From positions 128,001 through 192,000 of the IMG/VR virus record IMGVR_UViG_3300032327_000953: a stretch of 64,000 bases of DNA. The stretch is one strand, 5' to 3'. Below the pieces are notes generated by a model that ran no database searches, was not told the DNA's origin, and worked only from the letters and a program-made list of their open reading frames with translations. The DNA comes from a virus. Its lineage: Duplodnaviria; Caudoviricetes. Of the stretch, positions 41,656 to 51,928 are shown piece after piece. The position numbers and the translations under genes were made by a program. Positions within the stretch are counted from its first letter, which is position 1; each line of letters starts with the position of its first letter.

Positions 41656-44331
41656 ATGAAGTTGGCAGATAGGACGATTGAGACTCATAGCGTTGGTGTT
41701 GCAAGTAGGAATCAGTTTAACATTGCTCAGACGAGCAAAATGTTTAAAATCCTTTCGGACTCTTTGTATTCTGATAAGGTTATGGCTGCAATCCGTGAGC
41801 TTTCTACAAATGCTTATGATAGTCATATCTCTGCCGGGAATAAGAATCCCTTTAAGGTTACTCTACCCACTGCGGCCAATCCTAACTTTATGGTGAGGGA
41901 TTATGGTACTGGTCTTAGTCAGGCCGATATGGAGGATTTGTATACAACTTATGGAGCATCAAACAAGAATGATAGTAATGATTTTGTTGGTTGTCTTGGT
42001 CTAGGGTCTAAGAGTCCGTTCGCTTACACCAAGAGCTTCACTACTGCATCATACTTCAACGGAAAGAAATATACCTATATTGCGGCGATTGACGAGAGTG
42101 GAGTTCCTACCCTTAATCTTTTCAATACTTCAAATACGTCTGAGCCTAATGGTCTTGAGATTAGTTTTGCTGTTAAGCAACATGACTTTCAAGAGTTCAC
42201 AGATAAGGCTAAGAGAATCTTCCACTATTTCCGCATGAAACCCATCCTTGAAGGTGGTATTGGGAATAATTTGCAAGATCATAAGTATAGCAATACCAAT
42301 ATTATTATCAGTGGTGAAGGTTGGCGTGTTTGCCGACTCAATAATGATAACAACTATTTTCCTAATGGTTATCATCGAATTGATAGTGGTATTGTGGCTA
42401 TTATGGGCAATATTGCCTATCCTGTTCAGACCGCACAAATTGTTGGTCAGGAAAAGGAGGAGATGCCCGATCATATTCAGAAGTGGAATAGAGCTTTCCA
42501 GAAGGCAGATATTGATTCTTGGAAGAGCTTTGTGAGCGAGATCATTAACTCTGGTCTTTATCTTGAGCTTGATTTTGGTATCGGTGAACTGGAAATGGAC
42601 GTTTCCCGTGAAGGTTTGCAGTATACTAAAGATGTGATCAAGACTCTGCGTAAAAAGACTCAAGAAATTTACATGGAGATGAAGGAAGAATTCTCCAAGA
42701 AAATTAAATCTGCCCAGAATAAAGTGGAAGCAATTACTTCATACTATACTATGAATGAATTGGCTGGCGGCTGGGGTGTTGGTGCAACTTGGACTGATCC
42801 CAAGGGTAAAGATCATCCCATCAACTCTGGCAACGATCTGGAATATAAAATTTCTGCTGGCAAGAGTCTGTACGTTTTTAATTATAAGACTGCTGGCTAT
42901 CGTTCTCGTCGCCAAGTTGCTCTGACAGACAAAATCCACCATGAAACTCTTACTGGTAAAGGTTCCTACTATTGGAATAATCAGAAGAAGAAGGGTAAGA
43001 TGAGTTTCTTTGTGTGCGATGTTGCTAGTGAAGAAAGTGCCAAGAAAATTCTTACGAAGTATTGTAATCTAAATGATTGTTTTGCGTATCTCTTGATCGA
43101 CACTAAAGATCATACAAAAAGTGGAGAAGGTTTTGATCAACTGATCGAAGATGTTGGGGCTGAAAATCTGCTCAAGGTTTCAGACTATAAGCATCTGACG
43201 CAAAGTTCTGGCCCAAGAAAATCTTACAATAGAAATTCTAATGGTAGTGTCAGCGATCAAGACGTATTCTTTATCTACGGTTATGATAAGGATAGTAAGC
43301 AAATTACAAATCCTTATAATGATGCCACTCACCTGAGGATTCTTTCAGAAGAACAACTAGAGAACTTTCTGGAACAAGATGAGATTGTTTATATCCCCAT
43401 GTTGAGATATGGAACAGAACCTGAGTCTGGTTGCCCAGATATTGCTGGTATCACTAGAACTCTCCAAGAAGATACTCTAAAGAGTATAACAAAAGATTTG
43501 ATTGGCAATAGTAAGATTTATGCTATCAAAACAGCTTTCGTTAAAAAGCTTGAGAAGGATGGTTATAATCTTGTTAACTTCAATGACTTTTTGAAGCGTC
43601 AACTCAAAGTTGTAGCACAAAAACACTTTAAGAATCTTGGCTCTATCAACAAGCTTGTTGAATATTGCAAGAAGGATTATGCAACAGAGGAGAAGAATGG
43701 TGGAGGGTATCGGTATTATCAACACGGAACAACAGATAAGCAGTTTATGTTTCATATACTGAATATTTTTGGTCTGGATTATGATAAGTTTATCAATAAC
43801 AAGACTCTTGTGGATTGCTTGAATAAAACTATCCTTACAGAGTTCTTTGCCAATACTGTTCATGTCAGTCCTTTTAATATTCCTCGATTCAGTCAAACAG
43901 AATATCTCTCCCATATCTCTAAGCTTATGAAAGAGGCGGGAATTGATAATGTGGATGGCAAGGAAATTCGTAATGCTAATTTGGCCTACAATACCTTGAC
44001 AAACATGATTGTTAATTACTTGTATTCTGGGAATAATAATGCAGAGGCTTATCTGAAGATCATTCGTGGAACTTCTGAGGAAGATTTGAAGAGATGGAAA
44101 ATCTCTGAGATTAGGGAAAAGATTAAGACTGAGGTAGACAAGAATCCTATGCTCAAACTTATTATGGGAAATCATCAAGTTACAGGCAATCTGGTAGATC
44201 TTAAATCTAATCAGAATCCTATCATTGAAGATCGCTCATACTATGGAAAGCAGAGCAGAGATTGGGTCGAGCAGATGAGCCAGGAAAATATTGATTTGTT
44301 TAGGATTCAGTTGAGCAGTTTGATCAAGTAG
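41656..44331 (+). CDS. rIIA: rIIA-like protein (N-terminal GHKL/HSP90-type ATPase)
   Basis: ILSDSLYSDK..AIRELSTNAYDSH, VRDYGTG, GCLGLGSKSPFAY, DVSREGL; followed by rIIB. Confidence 0.9.
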   Translation: MKLADRTIETHSVGVASRNQFNIAQTSKMFKILSDSLYSDKVMAAIRELSTNAYDSHISAGNKNPFKVTLPTAANPNFMVRDYGTGLSQADMEDLYTTYGASNKNDSNDFVGCLGLGSKSPFAYTKSFTTASYFNGKKYTYIAAIDESGVPTLNLFNTSNTSEPNGLEISFAVKQHDFQEFTDKAKRIFHYFRMKPILEGGIGNNLQDHKYSNTNIIISGEGWRVCRLNNDNNYFPNGYHRIDSGIVAIMGNIAYPVQTAQIVGQEKEEMPDHIQKWNRAFQKADIDSWKSFVSEIINSGLYLELDFGIGELEMDVSREGLQYTKDVIKTLRKKTQEIYMEMKEEFSKKIKSAQNKVEAITSYYTMNELAGGWGVGATWTDPKGKDHPINSGNDLEYKISAGKSLYVFNYKTAGYRSRRQVALTDKIHHETLTGKGSYYWNNQKKKGKMSFFVCDVASEESAKKILTKYCNLNDCFAYLLIDTKDHTKSGEGFDQLIEDVGAENLLKVSDYKHLTQSSGPRKSYNRNSNGSVSDQDVFFIYGYDKDSKQITNPYNDATHLRILSEEQLENFLEQDEIVYIPMLRYGTEPESGCPDIAGITRTLQEDTLKSITKDLIGNSKIYAIKTAFVKKLEKDGYNLVNFNDFLKRQLKVVAQKHFKNLGSINKLVEYCKKDYATEEKNGGGYRYYQHGTTDKQFMFHILNIFGLDYDKFINNKTLVDCLNKTILTEFFANTVHVSPFNIPRFSQTEYLSHISKLMKEAGIDNVDGKEIRNANLAYNTLTNMIVNYLYSGNNNAEAYLKIIRGTSEEDLKRWKISEIREKIKTEVDKNPMLKLIMGNHQVTGNLVDLKSNQNPIIEDRSYYGKQSRDWVEQMSQENIDLFRIQLSSLIK

Positions 44332-44352
44332 TCAGGAATTGTTCAAGACCCC

Positions 44353-44380
44353 TTGACAACCTTGCCGATTAGTGTAAAAT
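44353..44380 (+). promoter_or_regulatory. sigma70-type promoter with GCCGAT in the spacer
   Basis: TTGACA(44353-44358)-16 bp-TAAAAT(44375-44380). Confidence 0.65.
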
Positions 44381-44426
44381 GACAGTATCACAGGTATCGT
44401 AACTAAAAGTATTAGGAGTTTGGATT

Positions 44427-45326
44427 ATGGCTGTTCCGTTTATGTTTGTGGATGGTAATTTGACACTGGTTCTTAATAACCAGAGTTATCAGGTATTGCC
44501 AGATCATATCAACTATAAGTTGATTCTGGAAAGACTTCCTACTGCTACGGCAGAGGAACTATTGGAAGTTGTTGATGTTCAAAAGGCTGTTGCTACTTTC
44601 AGCGATGGTCTTGTGGAGATCAAGAACGGTCAGGTTCTCTACGAGGGCGAGGAAGTTCATGGTAGTATTAGTAAGCGTATTCTGGAGTTTATGAGCAAGG
44701 GATTGCCGTTTCAGCCCCTCGTTAATTTCCTGAATAATCTCATGGAAAATCCAAGTATGCAGAGTCAGAAGGAACTGTATGATTTCTTGGAACATGAACA
44801 TCTGCCTATCACAGAGGATGGTTTCTTCCTCGCTTATAAGGCTGTTCGTTCAGACTTTAAGGATAAGTATAGAGGAGTTTTTGACAATAGAGTTGGTCAG
44901 GTCTGCGAGATGCAACGAGCAAAGGTTGACGATGATCGTGGTCGTGGTTGCTCTAATGGACTTCATGCTGGTGCATTGAACTATGTTGCCAACTATGGTA
45001 GTCTTGAGGCTGGAGATAAGATTGTTATTGTCAAGATTAATCCCAAGGATGTTGTTAGCGTTCCTAGTGATTGCAACTATGAAAAGCTTCGCACTTGCCG
45101 CTACGAAGTAGTTGGTGAGTATGAGGGCGAATTGCTTAAGCCTCTTTATAAGGCTGATTTTAGTCAGGATGATTACGAGGATGATGAGGATGATTATCTG
45201 AATGACTACGATGAAAGCTATTGGGATCAGTTTGATGAGGAAGATGAGGATGAAGATGAGGACGATGATCTCGTTGGCGATGAAGATGATTCGGATTTCG
45301 ATAATGGACACTACGGAAATCATTGA
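44427..45326 (+). CDS. rIIB: rIIB-like protein with acidic C-terminal tail
   Basis: NPS...ELYDFL...PITEDG.FLAYK.V, CSNGLH, VKINPKDVVSVP.D...KLRTCRYEV. Confidence 0.9.
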   Translation: MAVPFMFVDGNLTLVLNNQSYQVLPDHINYKLILERLPTATAEELLEVVDVQKAVATFSDGLVEIKNGQVLYEGEEVHGSISKRILEFMSKGLPFQPLVNFLNNLMENPSMQSQKELYDFLEHEHLPITEDGFFLAYKAVRSDFKDKYRGVFDNRVGQVCEMQRAKVDDDRGRGCSNGLHAGALNYVANYGSLEAGDKIVIVKINPKDVVSVPSDCNYEKLRTCRYEVVGEYEGELLKPLYKADFSQDDYEDDEDDYLNDYDESYWDQFDEEDEDEDEDDDLVGDEDDSDFDNGHYGNH

Positions 45327-45339
45327 TATTAGATAGTCA

Positions 45340-45421
45340 AGGTGGTGTTTGGTAACTTGTAAGATAGCACCTATATAGTTTCTGCTATCATGCAATAACG
45401 GTTCGATTCCGTTACCATCTT
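45340..45421 (+). ncRNA. tRNA-like element with abnormal D and anticodon arms
   Basis: Acceptor AGGTGGT/ACCATCT, T-arm AACGG-TTCGATT-CCGTT, middle stem GATAGCA/TGCTATC with 13-nt loop. Confidence 0.55.
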
Positions 45422-45481
45422 TTAAGATATTGCTTTTGATGGTAGTGTTTACTGTCCCAATATCAAAATTGTAGGTAGGAA

Positions 45482-46648
45482 GTGGAAAAAGGAAAACAAA
45501 TGTTTAGTGATACTTTGGCTTTTAATCCGTTCGATAAGACTCATAGTGCTATTGGAACAAGAGATCAAATTACTTTGCGAAATAAGTTTTTTGATTCTTT
45601 TGGTGGTCAGCAGATTTTTTGCTATAATGGTGATCCTCGTAAGAAGATCAGCAGCATGAATCATACGGATCATCTTACTACCGTTGCTATTGCCAACGAT
45701 AGTCAAGGTGCTGATGCTTATTTCTATGTTAATGGTGGACGTAAGCAATATGCTATTAGTAGAATTCGTGCTTGTTTTGTTGATATGGATGCTGGGCGAG
45801 ATGATCAGGGTCGTTATTTTAAGCCCAGTATCGTCATGCAAAAGAAAAAGGAATTCTTGAACCAGATCAATAACTTTCCTGTAAAGCCAAGCTGGGTTGT
45901 TGATACTCGTAATGGTTATCAGTGCTATTGGATTCTAAACCAAAACAATATAAATCCTCACAAGACTTATTGGAATGGTATTCAAAAGAAACTCGTAAAC
46001 CACTTTGGTGGTGATGCCCGAGCTATCAAAATCAATCAGATTTATAGAATCCCTTACACTTGGTGGAGGAAGGGTTGGGAAGGAAAGCAACCTTATTTTA
46101 CCAGTATTTTGTCGGGCTCAACTGGTGATTGGGTAAATATTGAACAGCTTAAAGAAGCTCTTGACGGCGTTTCTGCTGTGGTTAATATTGTTGCTAATAA
46201 AACTAGTGACGAATGGTTTAAGGAATATGCTAAAGCTTATAAGAAGTCTGATATTACTGGGGTTCCAGTATCAGTTAATGTTGCTGCAACTATTGCTGAT
46301 CAGATGAAATCTCTGAACCTTAAGAACAGCACTGTATTCTGTAATACATATACTAACAGCACAGATAATATCAAGCCTGTTTATGGTAGTGTTTTTCAAA
46401 AGGCTTATGGTGATCCTACTCCAGTATCTCCTGTGGTTGAGGATGATACAGATTCTCTTGGGACGCTTCCTGCTGACGCTGGAGGCGAGGATTTAGATCT
46501 TGACGGTTCACAGACCAAGCTTTTAAAGACGGTCGTGGAGTTCCTTAATCAAGTCTCAACGCCCCTCTACTTTAGCAACAATAGGTTCCTGTCTAATGCT
46601 GCTAAAGAACTAGCGTCTAAGATCAGTGACAAGTTTTGTATCGGTTGA
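45482..46648 (+). CDS. RepB-like (AEP-superfamily) primase domain protein
   Basis: CFVDMD, PSWVVDTRNGYQCYW, GDARA...QIYRIP motifs. Confidence 0.7.
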   Translation: MEKGKQMFSDTLAFNPFDKTHSAIGTRDQITLRNKFFDSFGGQQIFCYNGDPRKKISSMNHTDHLTTVAIANDSQGADAYFYVNGGRKQYAISRIRACFVDMDAGRDDQGRYFKPSIVMQKKKEFLNQINNFPVKPSWVVDTRNGYQCYWILNQNNINPHKTYWNGIQKKLVNHFGGDARAIKINQIYRIPYTWWRKGWEGKQPYFTSILSGSTGDWVNIEQLKEALDGVSAVVNIVANKTSDEWFKEYAKAYKKSDITGVPVSVNVAATIADQMKSLNLKNSTVFCNTYTNSTDNIKPVYGSVFQKAYGDPTPVSPVVEDDTDSLGTLPADAGGEDLDLDGSQTKLLKTVVEFLNQVSTPLYFSNNRFLSNAAKELASKISDKFCIG

Positions 46649-48065
46649 GGGTTCTGTGTCAGGGGTATTGGACATTCCATACCCTTTGACACAACCACAT
46701 AAGGAGAAAACAAATGGGCAGACATACTAATGAATTAACACAGATATTGCTTGATGACGAATCAGCGAAACAAGAATTTGTTGAACTGATGAAGAAATAC
46801 AATTGTTCTTTCGATGTTTATGAACACATTAAAAAGAATGGTTTTAGGGGTATCCGTTTCTATGCTGGATATCAAAGCATGTGTCATGTTATACGTCGAT
46901 TAGGATTTAAAGGAGCAAGAAGAGGAAGAAAACCAACAAGAGCAAATGTAATTGCCACCACTGGATCAAGATGGTCTAATATAGAAAATTGAGAATTTTA
47001 TGGGACAACAAGATGAAGACTATAACTATGACGATTATGACTATGAAGATAGTCAGGACAATTTAGAGAGTCATTATAAACATTACTTCAAATTTGATCC
47101 CGATGCGTGGGATGCTTGGGGTAAAATGTTATACGATGCTCTAAACGACATAGTTGAGTATCCGTCGAACGTATGGTATATTGGGCCTAGCTTCCCAAAG
47201 AAGTCGTTACCTGTGAATAGTTGGAATCCCAAAGCTGGTAAGGATAAAACCTTCCAGTATTTGGGGTCCAATTATCAGGGACAACCCATTTGGAAAAAGA
47301 AATATTTTGTTTGCGATCCAATCAATACTCTGTATAAGAAGCATGTGCAGAGTAATGCTGTTCATTTTATAAATCAACCTCACTACTACAAAGGACTGTT
47401 CGACATACTGAACTAAATATGATTCCAGCAATATTCTTGTTTGTAGCTATGGGAGCATCTTCATTAACAGAGACTCCTTTTTTAGCATATGAACTAGCTT
47501 CAAACATGGCTCAGTGTAAGAAATTCGATTGGACTAAAATGGAAGATGATGAGAATAATGTTCGCTACACAATAACATTTCAGCGTATGCCTTTTATTGC
47601 ACAGCTAAAGTTTGAAAGAACTATGGTAAATCAGTACAATACAAAGCAATTCAAAAAGGCAAATAACAATGGGCAAAAATAATGAATGGTTTATTATTGA
47701 TGATCTTGAAAGATTTGTTGAGTCTAGCAGAGTTTTGATATTTGATAGTTTTGGTAAAAATGATTCTACAAATATTGATGATTTGTCAATCATGATATCC
47801 GATCTTCCAATAGACGAAATAGAAGAACTAAATAAGGTCTTAACTCAAGAAGAATGTTTAGTTATAGCTAAGTCGTTTATGAGGTTAGAAAAGAATAAAA
47901 GAACTCAGGAAATCAGGCATATTATCAGTTCTAAAAAATATATGGAGATGCTTGAGTCTTTCAACAGTAGAATGGTCAGCAACTTGCTGCACCACTTGGT
48001 AAATAAGGGAGTATTGGACAGTGCTTATGATAGCGATTCTGATGACTTTATTTTTTGGGTGAAAG

Positions 48066-48638
48066 ATGAAGATGATAACAAACAAAAAGAAACTCCTGAA
48101 ACCGATTGAGCATGAGGTTCATCTAAAGTATAGATGCCCAGAATGTTCTATGGATCGCTGGATATCTCTAAGAGAATCTCAGACTGCTGGATTTATTATT
48201 GTGTGTGAATGTAATAATATTTTTAGCGTCAAAACTGTAGAAAAGATAGTCTTAAGATATAAGGATAGAAAAGTAAAAAGAGTGGTGGAAGAAAATAAGA
48301 ATGACTCCCCACTAGAGTTAGTCAAAGAAATTGTTGAAACAAAACTTGAAGAAGAAAAATTAGAACTACAGATTGAAGATAAAATACAAGTTATTGAAGA
48401 AATCAAAGAAGTAGAAGAGATAATAGAGAAACCAATTATTCCAGATCATATGCTACAAAATTCTTGTGATGTTCTGGTTAACTATGGATTTACTGTTACC
48501 GAAGCTAAAGACTTGATAAGACAAACATACGCTGATAATCCTGTAGATTCAGTTGGTATTATTATAACAAATTGTTTAAAAACCCTTAAAATTGGAGATA
48601 ATGAAGATGTCGCAATTAATGAGACCGACTCGCTTTGA
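48066..48638 (+). CDS. zinc-ribbon protein with C-terminal RuvA domain III-like region
   Basis: CPEC...CECN; acidic linker; DVLVNYGFTVTEAKDLI...SVGIIITNCLKTL; overlaps the ruvB start. Confidence 0.6.
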   Translation: MKMITNKKKLLKPIEHEVHLKYRCPECSMDRWISLRESQTAGFIIVCECNNIFSVKTVEKIVLRYKDRKVKRVVEENKNDSPLELVKEIVETKLEEEKLELQIEDKIQVIEEIKEVEEIIEKPIIPDHMLQNSCDVLVNYGFTVTEAKDLIRQTYADNPVDSVGIIITNCLKTLKIGDNEDVAINETDSL

Positions 48639-49500
48639 AGATGTCATTGGTCAGTCTGCCGTTGTGGATCGCTTACGCATCGTTGTAGCGGGTTATAAAA
48701 ACTGTGAGGCTGCGATGCCGCACACTTTATTAGACGGCCCTCCCGGCCTTGGCAAGACCACCATAGCGAGTGCTATATCGTCAGAGATCGGAGTGAACCT
48801 TTATACGATCAATGCGGCCAATGTTAGAAGCATAAAGAACCTTCTGCCGTATTTGATGGGTATTGAACCAAGGTCTGTTCTTTTTATTGATGAAATCCAC
48901 AGACTTCCTAAAATTGTAGAAGAATTTCTATATCCAGTTATGGAAGATTTTGTTCTGAGTATCGTTATTGAGAATAAGCCAGAAACTATTCAGCTACCAG
49001 TATTTACTATGGTAGGGGCTACAACTAGTGGTGGTAGTCTTAGCCAGCCATTCTATGATAGATTCACAATTAAAGAGCATCTATCTTTTTACTCACCAGA
49101 AGAGTTAGCTAAACTAGCAGGGTTGAACGCTAAAAAGCTCGGACTAACACTTTCTGAGGATGATCTATTGGAAGTGGCAAAAAGAAGCAAGGGAACTCCA
49201 AGGATTTTGAATTCAAGACTTCAATGGTATAAGAGCTTTGTTTCATACCATAACAAAACTGATGTTATTATTGATGATGTATTCAATAGTCAGGGAATTG
49301 ATGCAAGAGGGTTGGATGTTTATGATCGTCTATATTTGGATTTATTGTCCAAGAATAAGACAAATCCACTTGGTCTAAAGAGTATTTCTTCCTTGACAGG
49401 AATTGCTATGGAGACTATTGAGAATAGTATCGAGCCGTTCCTTATTCGTATGGGTTATGTTGTTCGTACTCAAAAGGGAAGAGTTATAGGAAAGATGTGA
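48601..49500 (+). CDS. ruvB: Holliday junction branch migration ATPase RuvB
   Basis: MRP..F..IGQ, GPPGLGKTT, LFIDEIHRL, YPVMEDF, GATT, GTPRI, EPFL...G...RT..GR. Confidence 0.95.
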   Translation: MKMSQLMRPTRFEDVIGQSAVVDRLRIVVAGYKNCEAAMPHTLLDGPPGLGKTTIASAISSEIGVNLYTINAANVRSIKNLLPYLMGIEPRSVLFIDEIHRLPKIVEEFLYPVMEDFVLSIVIENKPETIQLPVFTMVGATTSGGSLSQPFYDRFTIKEHLSFYSPEELAKLAGLNAKKLGLTLSEDDLLEVAKRSKGTPRILNSRLQWYKSFVSYHNKTDVIIDDVFNSQGIDARGLDVYDRLYLDLLSKNKTNPLGLKSISSLTGIAMETIENSIEPFLIRMGYVVRTQKGRVIGKM

Positions 49501-49820
49501 TGTTTAGTATCCTAGGCTTTGGTAGATTACGATATGCTATTAGATCTCCAAGATGGAGAACAGTTAGAAAAGAATTTATTAAGAATAATAATAGCTGTGC
49601 AGCATGTGGTTCTACCAAAGACCTAGAAGTACATCATGTTATACCAGTACATATTGATGAATCAAAAGAGCTTGATATGGATAATTTAATAACCTTGTGT
49701 TCAGAATCATGTCATATATTGTTTGGTCATTTGATGGACTTTAAAAGCCACAATCCTATGGTAAGGGAAGATTGTGCTTTAATGTCCAATAAAATAAAAA
49801 CTAGACCTTATTTGGAGTAG
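49497..49820 (+). CDS. HNH endonuclease
   Basis: W...R......CAACG...EVHHVIP...DNLITLC...CH. Confidence 0.85.
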   Translation: MMFSILGFGRLRYAIRSPRWRTVRKEFIKNNNSCAACGSTKDLEVHHVIPVHIDESKELDMDNLITLCSESCHILFGHLMDFKSHNPMVREDCALMSNKIKTRPYLE

Positions 49821-49899
49821 TCTGGAATAGCATAGGCCACTTTGATTGCTCTATATTGGGTGTATAGATAGTCATATCTATATTCTAATTAGGTGACTT

Positions 49900-50643
49900 A
49901 TGTTTAAATTCTTATTAGTTTTTCTAGTATGTATTTTTGGTTCTATTTCAAATGCTGGAACCATAGATCCTAGAAAAACAGATACTCAATATATAGAATA
50001 TGGAAAGAAATTTATTCATGTTGGTAAAATATATGGTCAAGATCTAAATGATGTGCAATATAGCGGATCTTGTGTAGCCTATAGCGATAGGGTGGTGCTA
50101 ACTGCAGCACACATATTACATGATAGTAAAAATGCTGCAATCCATATTAACGATAAAGACATTAAAGTAAATAAATGGATAATCCATGAGAATTTTGAAT
50201 ATAAAAAGTTGGGCTTTAATGATATTGCAATTTGCTTTCTAGAAGAAGATATTGGCCTAGGATGGTATCCATCTCTCTATAAGAATAAAAACGAGGTGGG
50301 ACAAGTCTGCTCTTTGTCTGGTTATGGTTCTACTGGAACATTTATAACCGGCCCTAAAAAACAAGATGATATAAGAAGAGCAGGATCAAATTTAATCAGT
50401 ACAATAGAAAATGGAGTGTTGATGTGTGATCCTTCAATGGATAATACAAAAACACAATTAGAATTTTTTATATGTCCTGGTGATAGTGGGGGTGGTTTAT
50501 TTATTGATCAACAAATTGCTGGTATACACTCGTACACAATGAAATTTATACCATCAAATAAACAATTTAGTGGACATACTCGTGTAAGTAATTATGTTGA
50601 ATGGATCAATAACAAAAAACAATTACTAGAGAATAATAAATGA
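49900..50643 (+). CDS. secreted trypsin-like serine protease (S1)
   Basis: Signal peptide; LTAAH, DIA, GDSGG triad. Confidence 0.92.
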   Translation: MFKFLLVFLVCIFGSISNAGTIDPRKTDTQYIEYGKKFIHVGKIYGQDLNDVQYSGSCVAYSDRVVLTAAHILHDSKNAAIHINDKDIKVNKWIIHENFEYKKLGFNDIAICFLEEDIGLGWYPSLYKNKNEVGQVCSLSGYGSTGTFITGPKKQDDIRRAGSNLISTIENGVLMCDPSMDNTKTQLEFFICPGDSGGGLFIDQQIAGIHSYTMKFIPSNKQFSGHTRVSNYVEWINNKKQLLENNK

Positions 50644-51581
50644 AAAAAATACTCAATAAGTTCTTTAATAAAAAGATTGGATTACTTCCATATATTAGAG
50701 AAGATATTAATAGCTTATCTACAACCAGTCCTCAAGTTCGTGGATGGGAAATAGAAAAATTTGATATTCCTAGTTTATGGTCAAAATCTCAAGGTGAAGG
50801 AGTAGTAGTTGGAGTTATTGATACTGGATGTGATTTTAATCACGAAGATATTAAAGACAATATTTTGCAGGGAATAAACTTTGTTAATCCTGGCCGCGAC
50901 CCTATGGATGTTGCTGGTCATGGTACGCATGTATCGTCAACTATTGCCGCAAGTAATAATGGTACTGGTATCGTGGGTGTTGCTCCAAAAACTAAAATAG
51001 TTCCTATCAAAGCTCTTGGTGATGATGGTAATGGCAGACTTGATCATATCGTTAAAGCTATCATTTGGGCGGCTGATCGTGGTGTTGATTTTATTAGTAT
51101 GAGTTTGGGTGCGCCAACTCCTAGTAGAGATTTAGAACAGGCTATTAATTATGCTGCCAGTAAGGGTTGTATTATTTTTTGTGCTGCTGGTAATTCTGGC
51201 CCAAATGTAGATATTATGTATCCTGCTAAATATGATCATACTATAGCCATTGGAGCTATTGACGAAAATTTAAATAGAACATCATTTACTTGTAGTGGAG
51301 ACTCATTAGACTTCTTAGCTCCCGGACATAATATTTTAGGGTGTGTCCCAGGAAATAACTATGCCATGATGAGTGGAACAAGCATGAGTAATCCATTTTT
51401 TGTGGGTTGTGCATCGCTATTATTATCTCATTTAAAGCACGAAGGACGATTAAAACCAAAAAGCACAGATGAGTACATAGATATTTTTAAAAACCATACC
51501 ATTCATTTGAGAGATAGTAAATTTGCTGGTCAGAAAAAATATGAAGGTTATGGTATTATCAATCCAAAAGGATTAGTATAA
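50640..51581 (+). CDS. subtilisin-like serine protease (S8)
   Basis: VIDTG, HGTHV, AAGN, SGTSM triad motifs. Confidence 0.95.
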   Translation: MKKILNKFFNKKIGLLPYIREDINSLSTTSPQVRGWEIEKFDIPSLWSKSQGEGVVVGVIDTGCDFNHEDIKDNILQGINFVNPGRDPMDVAGHGTHVSSTIAASNNGTGIVGVAPKTKIVPIKALGDDGNGRLDHIVKAIIWAADRGVDFISMSLGAPTPSRDLEQAINYAASKGCIIFCAAGNSGPNVDIMYPAKYDHTIAIGAIDENLNRTSFTCSGDSLDFLAPGHNILGCVPGNNYAMMSGTSMSNPFFVGCASLLLSHLKHEGRLKPKSTDEYIDIFKNHTIHLRDSKFAGQKKYEGYGIINPKGLV

Positions 51582-51928
51582 TGAGTTTAGATATATTTTT
51601 GCTCATTATAAGTCATACAGTTTTTCTCTTGCTAGGATACTTTGCCCATTCTGCAATACATAAACACACATCAAATAATCATATTAATACTTTTGGAATT
51701 CAACAAGTATCTGCTCCTAGAAAAAAATCAGAACCATCAGTAGAAACAACTGAGAAAATAAGAAAGATACATATAGATACAAGCAAAGTTGTTGTAAATG
51801 ATCTTGATAATGAATTTGAAAAACATTTTGATACATTTGGCAATATAAAAACAGAAAAAGATAATATCGAAGAAGTAGTAAATAAATTAGCTCAACTTAA
51901 AAAGAATAATGGAGGCAATAATGGCTAA
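51581..51928 (+). CDS. single-pass membrane protein
   Basis: N-terminal hydrophobic helix, C-terminal coiled tail; overlaps both neighbours. Confidence 0.65.
   Translation: MSLDIFLLIISHTVFLLLGYFAHSAIHKHTSNNHINTFGIQQVSAPRKKSEPSVETTEKIRKIHIDTSKVVVNDLDNEFEKHFDTFGNIKTEKDNIEEVVNKLAQLKKNNGGNNG

Noticed and set aside
45170-45300. GAT/GAG-rich tandem-repeat-like DNA
   Set aside because: It simply encodes the Asp/Glu-rich tail of rIIB and has no fixed repeat unit.
42130-45841. Several 130-233 aa minus-strand ORFs opposite rIIA, rIIB and the primase
   Set aside because: Antisense shadows of well-supported + strand genes, with Ile/Leu-rich compositions typical of such artefacts.
46656-46692. GC-rich hairpin after the primase gene as an origin or terminator
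   Set aside because: No U-tract or iterons nearby; a single hairpin is not enough to assign a function.
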